A DNA stretch of 64,000 bases. Origin: Octopus vulgaris. Lineage: Eukaryota. The translations under genes and the position numbers were made by a program. Where the stretch lies: contig OX597822.1 of NCBI GenBank assembly GCA_951406725.2, positions 85,622,001 to 85,686,000 of the forward strand, in the 5' to 3' direction. Shown in pieces: positions 38,510 to 52,381 of this stretch (its first letter is position 1; each line of letters begins with the position of its first letter). Under the pieces are notes generated by a model. That model did no database searches and was not told the origin of the DNA. It was given only the letters and a program-made list of their open reading frames with translations.

Positions 38510-39664
38510 ATATATACATACGGATATACGGGGTACGGTAATATACATGGAGTTTAACAATTTATTAAAATTTCTAGACATAATTTGATCAAATATTGTG
38601 GCGCAGGCCTGTGCTGTGTGGTTAAGAAGTTCACTTTGCAGCCACCTGGTTTTGGGTTCAGTCCCACTGCGCAGCACCTTGGTTAAGTAACCTTCACAAA
38701 AGCACCGGGCCGACCAACGCCTTGCCGTTAAGTTTGGTGGGCGGAAACTGTGCGGAAGATCGTGTGTATTGTGTTGTGTGATGCGGGCGTGTGTGTGTGT
38801 GTGTGTGTGCGTGTGTGTGTGTGTGTGTGTTGATATTGGTTTCGATTTTTTCCAATCATAAAATGGCCAAACCGCTAATTCTCACACCACAACCACCGTC
38901 TCTTATGTCTTCGGCTTGCTGGAAATAGCAGCCGAAATTATCACAAATCACGCCTTGTTGCTTTAAAGAAAATATATATTAAACAGAGTGTTGCTGTAAA
39001 GAAAGACAGAATGGTCATGGCTGGAAAGCCTTTCATCAGTCCTCTACTCGATCGGAGCTCATCACTCGGGGTTAAACCACTACAACGACGATGACGGTAA
39101 GTCAACAAGGGTATTTATTTGTGGATGATCAACTTGCTAGAAATAACAGCCAAATCACTCCCTCAAATTTCGCCCAGCAGCTTTAAAAGAAGGATGTGTC
39201 ATGTTGCATAATAGAGTCTAAGATAAAATATCTGGGATAATGGAATGGTCGTGGTTAGACTGTCTTTGATCACGGGATATGTTCAGTCAGGATCGTCATA
39301 AGTCTAAACAACAAAAATAATGGCGACGACGGACGGCAGACGACGACGACGGACGGCGGACGGCACACGACGACGACGACACCTATTCTTAACGACCAGT
39401 TATAAGAACAGAAGATATTTGCTTCTTGCAGCAACAAACTGTAACTCAGTGGTCGCTGCTAGTGTCAGCTTTATCTGTCGCAACCCACACAATATCCAAT
39501 AACCAATCTATATTATATGCGGCACCTCATCACATCACACCCACAATTATACGGCATTACATTAGCGCGCGCAGTCACACACACACACACACACATCTGT
39601 TAACCCACAGTCGCATCGGTTTTATGTATACACACACACACACATACACACACACACACACATA

Positions 39665-39715
<51 letters not shown>

Positions 39716-40010
39716 AAACACAACACTGGTTTCAAATTTCGGGGGAGGGATAAAGTCGATTGCATCGACGCCCCTATCCTCCCTCTCCACTGGTACTTAT
39801 TTTTTTTTATCGATCTCTGAAAGGATAACAGGTGAAGTTGACGTCAGCGGAATTTGAACTCAGAACGGAAAGACGAACGAAATGCTGCTGAGCGTTTTAT
39901 CCGGCGTGCTCACGATTCTGCCAGCTCGCCCTTGAGAGACACACAGTCAATACTGACATACAGACACACTGACCTACTACACACAATAGAACGGTAGGTA
40001 CGCGCGGATG

Positions 40011-40058
<48 letters not shown>

Positions 40059-41199
40059 AACACACACACAAACACACATACAAACACACACACGCACAAA
40101 TACACACACGCACACATACAAACACACACACGCACCCACACACACATACAAACATACACACGTACAAACACACACGCACGCACACACATGCACGCACACA
40201 CACACATACAAGCACACACACGCACAAACACACAGACAAACACACACACATACACACACACACACAAATACACACAAACGCACACACACAAACACGTACA
40301 CATACATGTTAACGAACCGTGGAGAGAGAATCGCCACGCGATATCTCGAAAAGCTAGAAATAGCAACCAAATCTCCCTCAAAGCACGTTTCACACTTATG
40401 ATCCTCAGTTATAATGACTTTCACCACAAGTCTGATTCTCCGTGACCTTCCACTAAACAACAACAACAACATCAATAATCCATTGAAAATATTAAACAAT
40501 TAAAATGAAATTAAGCTCAAACAACATTATCACTTTCCGCCACTCTACAACCCACCCTACCCCCAGCCTCCCTCTCCCAGCTTCCCTCCCCACTCCTACC
40601 CCCAGCAAGGGCACATTCTCTCATCCGCACACCTACATAAAACATTTCACCTTAAATTAATCAATAAAAATAATCTCCCTCTTTCAGTTTTTTTAAGTAC
40701 TTTTTTTTTTTGTAATCGGTTGAGCTTGCAGTTTTGTGTACAATCGTATGTAAAACTACAGATATATGTGTGAATGTATGTCTGTACTATGTATGCATGT
40801 CTGCGTGTGTTTCCTAGGTATATAATAGCCTAATGCAGCTGTGATAGGTAAAAACGTAGGGTGTGTGTGTTCATGTTTGCAGTGAAGGCGCGTAGCTTAG
40901 TGGTTTAGGATATTCGGCTCTCGACCGTTAACTGGTGAGTCCGATACTCGGCGGCGTGTTATGTCCTTGAGCAAGACACTTTACATTGCCCCATCCACTC
41001 ATCTGGCAAAAGCGCGTAGTACCTGTATTTCAAAGGGCCAGCCTCGCCAAATTCTGACACACGCATACCCTTAACGTAGTTCTAAGTGTACGCATGTCTG
41101 TGGAGTGCTCAGCCACGTTAATTTCACGTGCAGACAGTTCCGTTGATCGAATCAGCTGCAAGTATAATCTCTTACATTAAGGGCTATTATCTTCATCTT

Positions 41200-41700
41200 C
41201 AAACAATTTTATTGTGAAAAACCACCATATTGTGAAGGCAATGAATAATATCAGAACAGCCCGCTAAGATGTTACTGAGAATTGCATGGACTCAATTTGG
41301 TAGAAACATGTAATGACTTTCTGGAATTTGACGAAAAATTAGTGTCTATTGTCAGTCATCTGTGATCAATGGGGAGAGAAGTGTAAAATGGAAACGCAGG
41401 AGATTTGGCAGAGAATTTATCTGTTGAAGAGCAGCTGACGTTGTCATAGAAACGCGCTCAGATGAGACCTGAAGAGTTTACTACAGAACCAGTAACAGTG
41501 GAAAGAATTCTTACCACTAAGTCCCTCATAAATATCACCACCAAGATTAAAGAAGCAATAGAGCAGTTTATTGAGAATGACCCTGACTCGAAGCGCGTGA
41601 GAAAAGAGTTAAGAAAACGCAGACGACATTAGATGTATTCTTTGAAAAGCAGCCGATTTTCCTGGAAAAGCCCAAGCCTGAACCTCGCTCCAAACAAATT
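41200..41700 (+). mobile_element. Old Tigger-like transposase C-terminal remnant
   Basis: ERILTTKSLINITTKIKEAIEQFIENDPDSKR and KTQTTLDVFFEK resemble Tigger C-termini (NDP..ER, QT.LD.FF). Confidence 0.55.
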
Positions 41701-42164
41701 CTGTTCTATTCCTACTCTATTGTATTTTAACTGATTAAATGATGGCCAGGCCTGTGTACTCGTGATTAAAGTCGATTAATTTAACCTATTTAATAATTTC
41801 ATTAGAACATTAGGTCTTAATTATGTTTTTATTTGATTTCCTCATAACCAGTTCACATTGTTAACATCCTGATGTGTTATATTAATCAAACTCATTAACT
41901 GTCTGCAGGGAGACACAACAAGTTTCTAGATATTTTTTCCAGTTATTTGCCAATTACCTTCAGTTGTGTTCGTATCACAATTTAAAAAACAACTCTTCAA
42001 ACTCATAACTCTAATATAATGACATTGTCTAGACTCCAAAGCTATTTCGTTCATAGCTGCCGACTTATGAAATGATCGAGATTGCTAACAGAGGCGTGCA
42101 TGTATGTATGTATGTATGTATGTATGTATGTATGTATGTATGTATGTATGTATGTAGGTATGTA

Positions 42165-42717
42165 TTGGGTTGTCCGGAAAGTTCGTGCCGATTTTTAAAG
42201 GAAAGAAAAAAGGTCAATAAATACTTTTTAATCAACCAAATATGAACCATTTTGTTGCACAATGCGTCTCCATCTTTCCTTAAACTTGAAAATACCCTCT
42301 TCCCAGAATTGAGGTGGTTTCATGGCAAAGAATTCATCAAGGTATCTTTTTACATCATCCAAGGAATTGAACTTTTTACCATTAAGACTATTCTGCAGAG
42401 ACCTGAATAAGTGGAAACCCGAAGGAGCAATATCTGGTGAATATGGAGGGTGGGGTAACACATCCCAGCTGGGCTGGGATTTTTGTCTGGTTCCCAAAGC
42501 ATCAAGTACCAAAAATGAACTTTCTTATCTTCCATTTTAAAGGGTTACAGAATTAATACAGGTTATAGGAACTTAAACCTTCTTCCACGAAAAGATAGCT
42601 TAAGTTGTGCTCTAAATGGAGGTGTAGTCAAATCCTATTTTATGGACTCAACCATGTTCTAAAATAAGTCGAAAGGTAAGCTACTATAAATCGGCACGAA
42701 CTTTCCGGACAACCCAA
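42165..42717 (-). mobile_element. Internally deleted mariner element with intact 30-bp TIRs and TA target duplication
   Basis: TA|ttgggttgtccggaaagttcgtgccgattt...aaatcggcacgaactttccggacaacccaa|TA. The N-terminus MEDKKVHFWYLMLW is joined to the C-terminus WDVLPHPPYSPDIAPSGFHLFRSLQN...[13 protein letters not shown]. Confidence 0.95.
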
Positions 42718-43081
42718 TATGTATGCTTGTGTGTATGTGAAGGCGCGGGGCTTACTGGTTACGGTATTCGGCTCATGATGGTAAGGTGATGAGTTTGATA
42801 CCTGACAGTGGATTGTGTTCTTAAGCAAGACTCTTTATTTCACGTTTCTCCGATCCGCTCAGCTGACAAAATCAAGTTGTACCTTTATTTCAAAAGGGGC
42901 CAGCCTTGTCACACTCTGTATCCTCACTGAATCTCTCCATGAGAACTACGTTGAGTGCAAGTAAAGCGCTCAGCCGCTTGCACATTCATTTCACGAGCAA
43001 GCTGTTCCGTTGAGCCGATCAACTGGGAGAGAGGGAAGGAGGGAAGGAGGCAGGCAGGCAGGCAGGCAGACTGACAGACAA

Positions 43082-43169
<88 letters not shown>

Positions 43170-43182
43170 CAGACAGACAGAC

Positions 43183-43237
<55 letters not shown>

Positions 43238-43292
43238 CAGATAGACAGACAGACAGACAGCAGACAGACAGACAGATAGGTAGGTAGGTAAG

Positions 43293-43392
<100 letters not shown>

Positions 43393-43934
43393 AAAACAAG
43401 TGATTGATTTTAATTATTTCATTCTTAATGTACATTCCGATGATGCAACCCGCATAATTCATTCTCGCTTTTTTTTAAATTTATTTCATTTCATTTTTTT
43501 TTTTTTGGTTTATTTACTCCGATTGACGCAGCAGCCTGTGCGACGGCATTATAGCATTACGAGTAGATTTTTCTAGGGTTATATATAAGAGTGTCATAAG
43601 CTCTATGGACTTCTAAATAAAGGGTTCTAGCAATCATGCTGGGGCACGATCTTCACGTGCATGCGTGCACATTCATACATACAGCATACATACATACATA
43701 CAGCATACGTACATACATACATACAGACAGACAGACAGACAGACATATGCATGCACGCACTCGTGCACACACATACATACACACATACACACACATACAT
43801 ACATACATACATACACACATGCACACACATACATACATACACACATACATACATACATACATACACACATACATACATACATACATACATACATACATAC
43901 ATACATACATACATACATACATACATACATACAT

Positions 43935-44290
43935 CTCATTTGTACCTATCATCATAGGTACATTAGGCTATAAACCGACAAATTTACACAAAATCTTAGA
44001 AATACTAGCGTCTTCAAAAAAAGATCAAAGAAACCGACGTGGATTCTCCAAATCCAATCCGTTGGTGTCACAGTGAAGATCTGCAAGACATTCTAAAAAT
44101 TCTCCATGTGAGGTTCTTATGTGAATAGATGCACACATTTGGGTGTATGCATGGACATTTCAACCAAAACACCAACTAAATCACATATTTACAAACAGCG
44201 AGAACTCTCTTAACACAAAAAGTTTTGTTTTGTTAGCGACTGACTTGAACCCTCTGGAGAAGAACTTAAATAAAACTCAAAGAAAAAAAT

Positions 44291-44292
<2 letters not shown>
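43935..44292 (+). mobile_element. R4-like RLE LINE 3' end
   Basis: FVPIIIGTLGY...LQIQSVGVTVKICKTF followed by a 3' UTR that is also found at 19395-19580. Confidence 0.7.
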
Positions 44293-44341
<49 letters not shown>

Positions 44342-44999
44342 TCACACACACACAAATACCTTCTGTGCTTTACAAATATTGTGTAATTGTGTGATGTTTT
44401 AAGTGTTTTCGTTTCGTAAATGCAATGATAGTCCTAGGTCTGACGTTAATAAATTGTTGAGAATCTGAGAAAATCTGCAAAACTGCCAGAAACATCACCA
44501 AAATCCAAACAGAAATTAATTTTGAATGTGGTTAATTGAAACTTCACGAAAACCGAAATTAAATTTTCCGCTCATTTATTTCCCCGTTTCGTGTTATTAT
44601 TTTTGTGATGTAGACATGACCAGACATATCTTATAAGGTACAATGACAATGGGTGTTATGTATTGTGAATAAAGTTAATATAAAAATTTATATAAAATAA
44701 GTTTCGTTGGGGGCAGCCCCATATATGTCGAACTATTTTTATTTCCCTTAATACCAACTCAGCCATACCCATTCCTTTCGTTTTCTTTCCGATGACCGTT
44801 TGTTTACTTCTCCTACTCCTACTCCTCTTGCACTAAAAGCTTCTCCTACTCCTACTCCGATAATTGCTGCTCCTTCTCCTACTCTCACTCCTACCTCTAT
44901 TTTAATATTTTAAAAAAATTGTTCTCTATCTCCCTCCCTCTCTCACTTATCTCGCTCTCTCCCCCTCTCTTCCTCTTCCCCCAACCACTTCTATCCCAG

Positions 45000-45140
45000 T
45001 CTCACCATCATATCCACGCCGTATCAACGTTGTCAGGTGGTTGTTCCGTGTACCGTGCAAATATCCCATTCATTCATTCAAGTCAACCACTTCACTTCAT
45101 TGCCGACTATTTGTCCGACCGTCTTACTCTTCTTCTTAAG
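45000..45140 (+). other. Candidate non-coding first exon / promoter region of the secernin gene
   Basis: Unique CpG-retaining sequence ending in aag|gtaaat, just upstream of the zone where CpG depletion begins. The secernin ATG exon has an upstream acceptor (55550), so a 5' exon is expected. Confidence 0.3.
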
Positions 45141-45298
45141 GTAAATCAATCACATTCGTCATGTTTCTAAATATAATTATCAATATTATTAATCCTAGAT
45201 AAACAAATCTAAAATGAATACCATTATAAGCACTGTTCGTCCACCAAACATTTTTTTTTATTTCATCTCTATCTCTCTACCCATCCATCCATCCATCC

Positions 45299-45333
<35 letters not shown>

Positions 45334-48300
45334 CATATATTTATTTCTCTTTTCTATCATCCTCCTTTCTATCTATATTTTCTGTCTATATCTTGTACTT
45401 ACCACTTTCTTTTTATCCATCTCTCTTACCTTTTGACATATTAATCCAACCAGCTTTTTTACTGTCTTCTAACGGGTATACAAACTAACAAGGGAAACTC
45501 TAGGCTAAACCATATTTCCCTCAAAATAACACCCTACCATCTTAAAAATAAAGGTAGTGGGGGACACATTGGACATTGTAGTCCTGAATATACAAAAAGA
45601 CAAGTTAGTCATGGTTGGAACGTATATGGTGATCGGCCTCCCGCTCTATCAGCGCTGACCTGCTCTTAAAAACCTACTGCGAACATATCTATCTATTTAA
45701 CTTATCTATCTCTCTGTCTATCATTCATCCACATTCATTAAAGTATCCGACTCTATCCGACCATTATAAGACAACTATTCCAGAACATCCTACCTATCGG
45801 CTTCTTGCATTTCCGTGTGCATGTCTCTCTCTATATATATATGCATACATATATATATATATATATACACACACGCCGCACGCACAAATATCTAGGTATG
45901 CATGTTATATATGTATATGTTGATGTAAATATACTTTTGGAATGAATTTTTGTATATGATTCTGTTTGGGTGTTGATGTGTATTTCATGAATGTGTTTGT
46001 ATATAAAACATCGCTCTGTAGGTGGGTGTGTACAAGGTATATTTACACACACTCCAATGGACATGTTGTGCGTATAAGATTGTATATTTATGATAACACA
46101 CTTATAATTATTCGTCGCTGTATTAATTGTATTAATTTAATCCTCGTCATTGAAATATACATTGTACACACACACATAAATGTACACTAACCAACATAAT
46201 AATTTGTTATGTATATATATCCACATCAAACTATCGCAGAAATACATACATTGGATGCGCGCGTGTGTGCGTGTATATGTATTCTTCCTTCATCTCAGAA
46301 TATATACGCACAGAGAAAGAGAGAGACAAGTCGAAAGTTCGCAAATCGACCGTGCCCCGATTTCTGATCGGTACCTTTGCTAGTGAGTGCTAATATCTCA
46401 CAAACACAATGAAATATTATGTACAAATGTAACGTAGATGACATAATTGGAGACGGGACCGGTAGAGAGTAATTGACCTGAGTAGGTTTACGACTGTTGT
46501 TAATATTGTTGAAGTCTAGGTCAACCCCGATCAGCCCCAATTCAGCTAATCTATCATCAAACATAATGCGTTTGAGACTACAATAACCAATGTATCCTTT
46601 TTTAAAAGAGATAAATGAAAACTGAGGGAGATTTGGGTATTATTTTAGCAGATCGAACAACCACGCAGATGCTTCCTCCTTTGTTCGCATTGTTGTTTAA
46701 CCCTTGGTCAGACACTGTTCGCACAGTTTTTTGTTGTTTATTTTTTAATCCAGGACGACATTGCATTAATGCGTCCTTCATTTTTTTAAGGCGGAAAAGT
46801 GAGATTTGAGGGAGACCTAATAGTTATTTCAACTGGTTACGGAGGTGCCCCCTACTTAGCTCGCCTTCTGGCGGTATGTAGACAAACCGTGTATATACAT
46901 TTAAATCCTATATATACTCGCACGAGCGTACCAACAAGGAAGCTTCTAAGGAGTTGATTTGCTAAAAAATAACAGCCAAATTTCCCTCAAACAGTACCTT
47001 AATCCTACCACCTTAAAGAAAACAAGGCAGAGATGAATTCTAGTTGCTACACTATGTCTTAAAGAAAACAACGGTTAGTTTTGACTGGTAATTACTTCGA
47101 TAACGGGTTTGATCGATCGACTTGGGGTCGATGTCCCCTAAAGGTATTTAAAGAACGTTCCTAACACACATTTGTATACATACACTCCTGACATCTATCT
47201 TACTGGGGAAAATAATTATTCTACACTTCAAAATATTTTATTTTTTATTTTTTCATTTTATAAGGATTTACAATAAGGTTTATGGGCTTATCTACTTGTC
47301 GGATTAATGTATGTAAGTATATTTGCGTGTATGTTCCGCGTGCATTTTAGAGCACGTTAAGCATACAAACACAAGCAGTCATGGAGTGATATATTCTAAG
47401 TTCATCAATGAGTCTTGCTTTTCAACTTGGACTGCAAGTGATGATACGTAAAAGGTGACACACACACACATATGCACATATTTATATATATTTACATCCA
47501 ACTATATACACGTCATTATGTCATATACAGACACAGCTGTGACTGTGTGTATGTCATCGTTTTAACGACCACCTTTTCATGTTCATATGGATCAATTGGA
47601 ATTTGTTGTGGAAGATTCTCTATGTACCCTTCCTGTCGCCTAGCTTCTGTTTCCAAATACGGTTATAGTTTCCCATGACCAGACAAGCTTTCACGAAAGT
47701 TTGGAAATGAAGAACACCGCCTGCATCATGATGACACTCCTTTACAACTATCAAGTGATGACAAGACAAGGAGACAGTAACACACACACACACAGAACAG
47801 GCTTATTTCTTTTACGTCTCCAAATCACCTCACAAGGCATTCGTCAGCTTGGGGTTGTAAAAGAAAACGCTTGCCCAAGGTACCACACCAAGGGGCTGAA
47901 CCCAGAAGTATGTGGCTAGGAAACAAACCTCTTAAACACCCACCCTTCCACCTGTGTGGGTAAACACGCGCCTGTGTATATATCATCATTTTACGTCTGT
48001 TTTTCCATGCTGGCATGGGTTGTATGGGTTGACCAATCCTGATGCATCCAAGGACCACATCACACTCCAATGTCTACTTTGGTATGGTTTCTAAAGCTGG
48101 ACGACGCCCTTGCTAATGCCAGTCGCCTTGCAGCATTGAATGGATGCTTTCTTAGTGCCACTGGCACTAATGAATTTGCCTTGCGGCTTGTAAGAAAGTA
48201 AAACCTTGGAGGGGGTTGGGCAGCATTTATGGGAGGAAATGAGGGTATGGAGTATGGGAGGAGGGCAGAAGGGAAGGGCAAGCAGGTTCTTGTAAAGGGG

Positions 48301-48579
48301 AGCCGTCTGGTTATTCACCTTGAGGAAAGAAGAAGGCAAGAATGAGTTGCAAGTCTCTTCAATGTATGAGGTGAATGTGCTGGGACAGTAGAACTAGGAG
48401 TGTGGGTGGGTAGGCAGCAGCTTTAAAGGTTAGATAGGAATGAAGGGTGTATATAGGGATTGATGGAAGACCAATGATGAGTTGAGGAATGGTGTTGAAG
48501 AGAGAGAAGATAGTGACAGGATAATAATAGTAAGTAATAATACAGGAGATCTATATTTACACCCAGGACCACGTATATA

Positions 48580-50006
48580 GGAGTGAAATTTTGGATTTCT
48601 CGGTTTTCTATGGATTGATTTTGATAAAACTTTTCCCAACTGCTGTGGACACAATGGCAACACCATTGTTATGTTTTCATTATTCTGTGTAACGTCCTTT
48701 TTAATTTCAAATTCTTCAGTTTTTGGGTGAACCACGCTAATAGCCTCTCTCCTCTCTAAGAACAATAGGATGCAGAAATAGCCTTAATGATGAAGAAAAG
48801 TTTGTCATCATAAAGAGAGTGCTAAAGGCACTTCTCTTCATGTCATTGCAGAGAAGTTTGGTCATCATATGGACATGGTTAGATGATTCCTGAAGGGCTC
48901 TTTGCCAAGGAAGAAATGATCTGATTGTGGGACCTCCAAAACTGTGACGGCTAGTGATTTAAGAAATATTGGTTGCAAGTTATGTGGGAAACCTAGACAA
49001 ACAAGCAAAGCCATTTTCACCACCTCCAGACTTCCCCATGTACCGAAAACCCCAAGAAATCGCATCCTTTGAGGCTTCAACAGCCCCAAAAGTAGATGAC
49101 GTTAGACCATGAGTTGTGTTCTATTCACTGATGAAATCAGGGCAACCCTCGATGGACCTGATGGTTGGGCATATGGTTGGGTCTGTTTTAGAGATGAGCA
49201 TCAGCAACATTTATGACATCAACAACAGAGTGGAGGGGGTCATGTTGTGGGCTGGTATCATTGGGGATAGACTTGTTGGCCCAGTAAGGGTGCCTAAAGA
49301 GGGTAAAGTGACTGCAGCCGCCTACTACATTCTCCCGAAAGCAGTCTTGGATCCCTGGCTAGAAGACACACCGCTGTCACTTCTAAGGAATCTTGTATTC
49401 GTGCATGACAACGCTCCCTCCCACTCTGCTAGGACCACCTAAACATTCCTAGGGTCTTACGGCATACAAGGTGAAAGGTTGATGGTGTGGCCACCAGCAT
49501 CTCAGCCCTATCGAAAATCTTCATTCCATCATTAAACAAGATGTTTATGTCGATGGACACCAATTTACATCAAAAGATGTCTTATGGGCGACCATCAAAG
49601 CTGCAGCAGAAGCAGTCAAACCTGCTACTATTAAGAAATTGACAGATTCCATGACTAATAGGGTTTTTGAAGTTATCCGTCAAAATGGCTCTCATGTGGC
49701 TAAATTATTATGTCAATAAATGTTGTAATATTGTTATGGCTTTCTGTTAAATATATACTCAATGTATGCTTAATATGTATCATTATTCTTCATTTTCTGA
49801 AAAAAATGTCTAGATGGGATATTTTCATTCAAAAGCTATTAGTGTGATCCACCCCAAAAAAACTGGAGAATCCAAAATAAAAAAGAAAGGATGTTACACA
49901 GAATAATGGAAATATAACAATGGTGTTGCTGTAGTATGCAAACCGGCTGGGAAAAGTTTTACCAAAATTGATTCACAGAAAACCAAGAAATCCTAAATTT
50001 CACTCC
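48580..50006 (+). mobile_element. Full-length but decayed Tc1-superfamily transposon, DD37E (TRT-like)
   Basis: TA-flanked imperfect TIRs ggagtgaaattt...aaatttcactcc. Motifs VLFTDE.RATLDGPDGW, GVMLWAGI, HDNAPSH...GERLMVWPPAS(PD)LSPIEN and SMTNRVFEVI. The D-to-E spacing is 37 once the deleted PD is restored. Confidence 0.88.
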
Positions 50007-50490
50007 TAAGCCATTAGTGTGGTTCTGTGTGTATATTATATAGTTGTGGCCAGTGCTAGTGCCACAGTACAGCATTCGTGCCAGTGGCATGTGAAAGCAG
50101 TCTAGCTAGTGACATGTAAAAGGCACCCACTACACTCTTGGATTGGTTGGCACCAGAAAGAGCATCCAGCTGCAGAAAGAAACCAAATCCAAATCAAAGT
50201 GGAACCTGGTGCAGCTCTCCGACTTACCAGTTCCAGTCTAACCCATACCAGCATGGAAAGGCAGATGCTAAATGATGATGGTGATGATATGTGTGTATGT
50301 GTTAAGTGTTGTGTGAAGGTGTGTAGCCTAGTGGTCAGGGTGATGCACTCATGATCACTAGATTATGGGTTCAGTTCCTGGACCAGGTAGTACTTTGTTT
50401 TCTTGGCCAAAAACACTTCATTTCACATTGCTCCTGTCCATTCAGCTGTACGTGGGTGACCCCTGCAATGGACTGGGCTTCTGGTCAGTG

Positions 50491-50725
50491 TGGAATGCTG
50501 GCCTGCTTGCCTTCTGATTGGAGGGATGCTGGCCTTTCTGCCTTCCAATCAAGGGAGAATGCTGGCCTGCCTCCCTCCAATCAAGGAGGAATGCTGGCAT
50601 TCCTGCCTTCCAACCGGGGAGAATGCTGGCCTGCTTGCCTTCTGATCAGGGGGGAATGCTGGCCTTTTTGCCTTCCAGTCAGGGAGAATGCTGGCCTGCC
50701 TGCCTTCCAATCAGCAGAGAATGCT
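50491..50725. repeat. ~32-bp minisatellite, ~7.5 units
   Basis: Unit gg(a/g)gaatgctggcct(gc/tt)(c/t)tgccttc(c/t)(a/g)atca. Confidence 0.9.
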
Positions 50726-50879
50726 GAAGGTCATATTGAAGAGGAAAACAAGAGTATGGAAAGGGAATTCCAAAGTTCAGAGGTGCGAGGGAAGAAACTG
50801 GTTCTGTAAAGTGCTTTATGACACTTAGATGGTTGCACAGTATACTGATGAGAACTGGTTGCAAGTCTAGTTGATTGCT

Positions 50880-51760
50880 AAGTTCTTAAAGGAGGAAGCA
50901 GAGAAGAGAGCTCAGCTGAACAATGTCCATGAAAATACTTACAGAAAAGAGACAAGGAAGTCACATGATGATGATGAGAGAGTGAATCCAATTTAGAAGA
51001 TAGATCAAGACCCAAAACATTAGAAATATGGCATTGAATGTTATCCAACAGAGTTAAACAATCTGCAGGAGCATCTGCCCACATATGACAACAGTACTCA
51101 ATGCAGGGGCAAATGCTGCACTTTTAAAGATAAAGAATAATCTCAGGAGTGAGATAACTCCTTGAACGAAGGAGTGAGCCTACCTTCATTGCAGCCGATT
51201 TGGCAATAGGTTCAATGTAAGTCCTCAAAGGAAAATCATTACAGAAAGTCACTCCTAGAGGACAAAGGAACGTCTCTCAGGTAAGTCAATACCATCCATC
51301 GAAACCGATGGCAAGAAAGGATGTCTGAAGTGATTAATTGAGAGAATTTTAGTTTCCGATGGATCGAACATTACAAGCCATTTCCTACCCCACTCAACAT
51401 TAGATCGAAGATCATTATCAAGATTAGCAGCGATCTCAACCTTATCAGACAAGTCATCAGATTTGTCCAAACAAGAGTACAAAGTAGAGTCATCAGCAGA
51501 GATTACTAGCTGACAGGTGATATGATCAGGCAGATCATTGATAAAAAGAAGAAAGGGAGTTGGGCCAAGGACAGTGTTAATAGAAAAACTAGATGAAGAT
51601 TGACCATCAAGAACAACCTTGATCCTACGGTCATAAAGGAAAGTGGAGATGATGTTCAGCATGAAACCTGACACACCAAAGGATTGGAGCTTCCATAGAA
51701 TTCCAGCATACCAAACCCTATCAAATGCCTTAGAGATATCAAGAACAACTGCCCTGGCTT
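50880..51760 (-). mobile_element. CR1/L2/Jockey-group LINE reverse transcriptase fragment
   Basis: LDISKAFDRVWYAGILWKL, FLYDRRIKVVLDGQSS, VLGPTPFLLFINDL, ISADDSTL, WGRKWLVMFDPSETK, EYCCHMWA and LSLFCKYFHG. Confidence 0.9.
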
Positions 51761-51774
51761 GACTTTCTCTTCTG

Positions 51775-51946
51775 GTGGATCATTTAATTATGATTTTATT
51801 CAACATATTCCCCTCACAGATTCACACACTTATTGCAGCAGTCCTTCAATTTTTCTAACCCTTGTAAAGGAACTCAAAAGGTTGGGCTTCCAACCAGGCC
51901 TTTCGTGATACCCTTAAAGCCAGGAACTCTTCGGCACCCCCTCATA
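51775..51946 (-). mobile_element. Short mariner-type MITE fragment
   Basis: The minus strand begins ta-tgagggggtgccgaagagttcctggcttt and carries the mariner C-terminal remnant CNKCVNL.GEYVE. Confidence 0.55.
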
Positions 51947-52087
51947 GATTAGTGAGGACTTAGTAATTATGAGGGGTACAATGTAATGCCATTACTGTTG
52001 GTGCCATAATCAAATCTACCCATGTGGATTTGATCATGGCACCAACAGTATGTATGTTGATCAAGTGATGTTAACATGGGCCTGGAA

Positions 52088-52381
52088 CAGTGGTTCTCAA
52101 CTATTCTTTGTCTGTGGACCCCTTTCATTCCTGTTATACTGGACCTCCATAGCTATTTGATGCATATAAAAGAAATCCTGTTGTACTTTTATAATTAAAT
52201 ATTATTACGGAGATGTACTTGCATAGCAAGTGACCTGATCTGAGATTGTGTGCTGGAACGAAAATATTATTATTATTAGGAATTGTAAAAAAAATATTTG
52301 AAATATTTTGTGAAGTCTAGGAATATTAACAAAACCTTTTTAACAACAAAATCTTATATATACCCTGGTTGAGAACCACTG
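52088..52381. mobile_element. hAT (Charlie/MER20-like) MITE
   Basis: 14-bp TIRs cagtggttctcaac / gttgagaaccactg, with degenerate 8-bp flanks gcctggaa / atctggag. Confidence 0.8.

Noticed and set aside
50491-50725. CRISPR-like array of ~32-bp repeats
   Set aside because: Units are head-to-tail with no unique spacers, there are no cas genes, and the context is eukaryotic.
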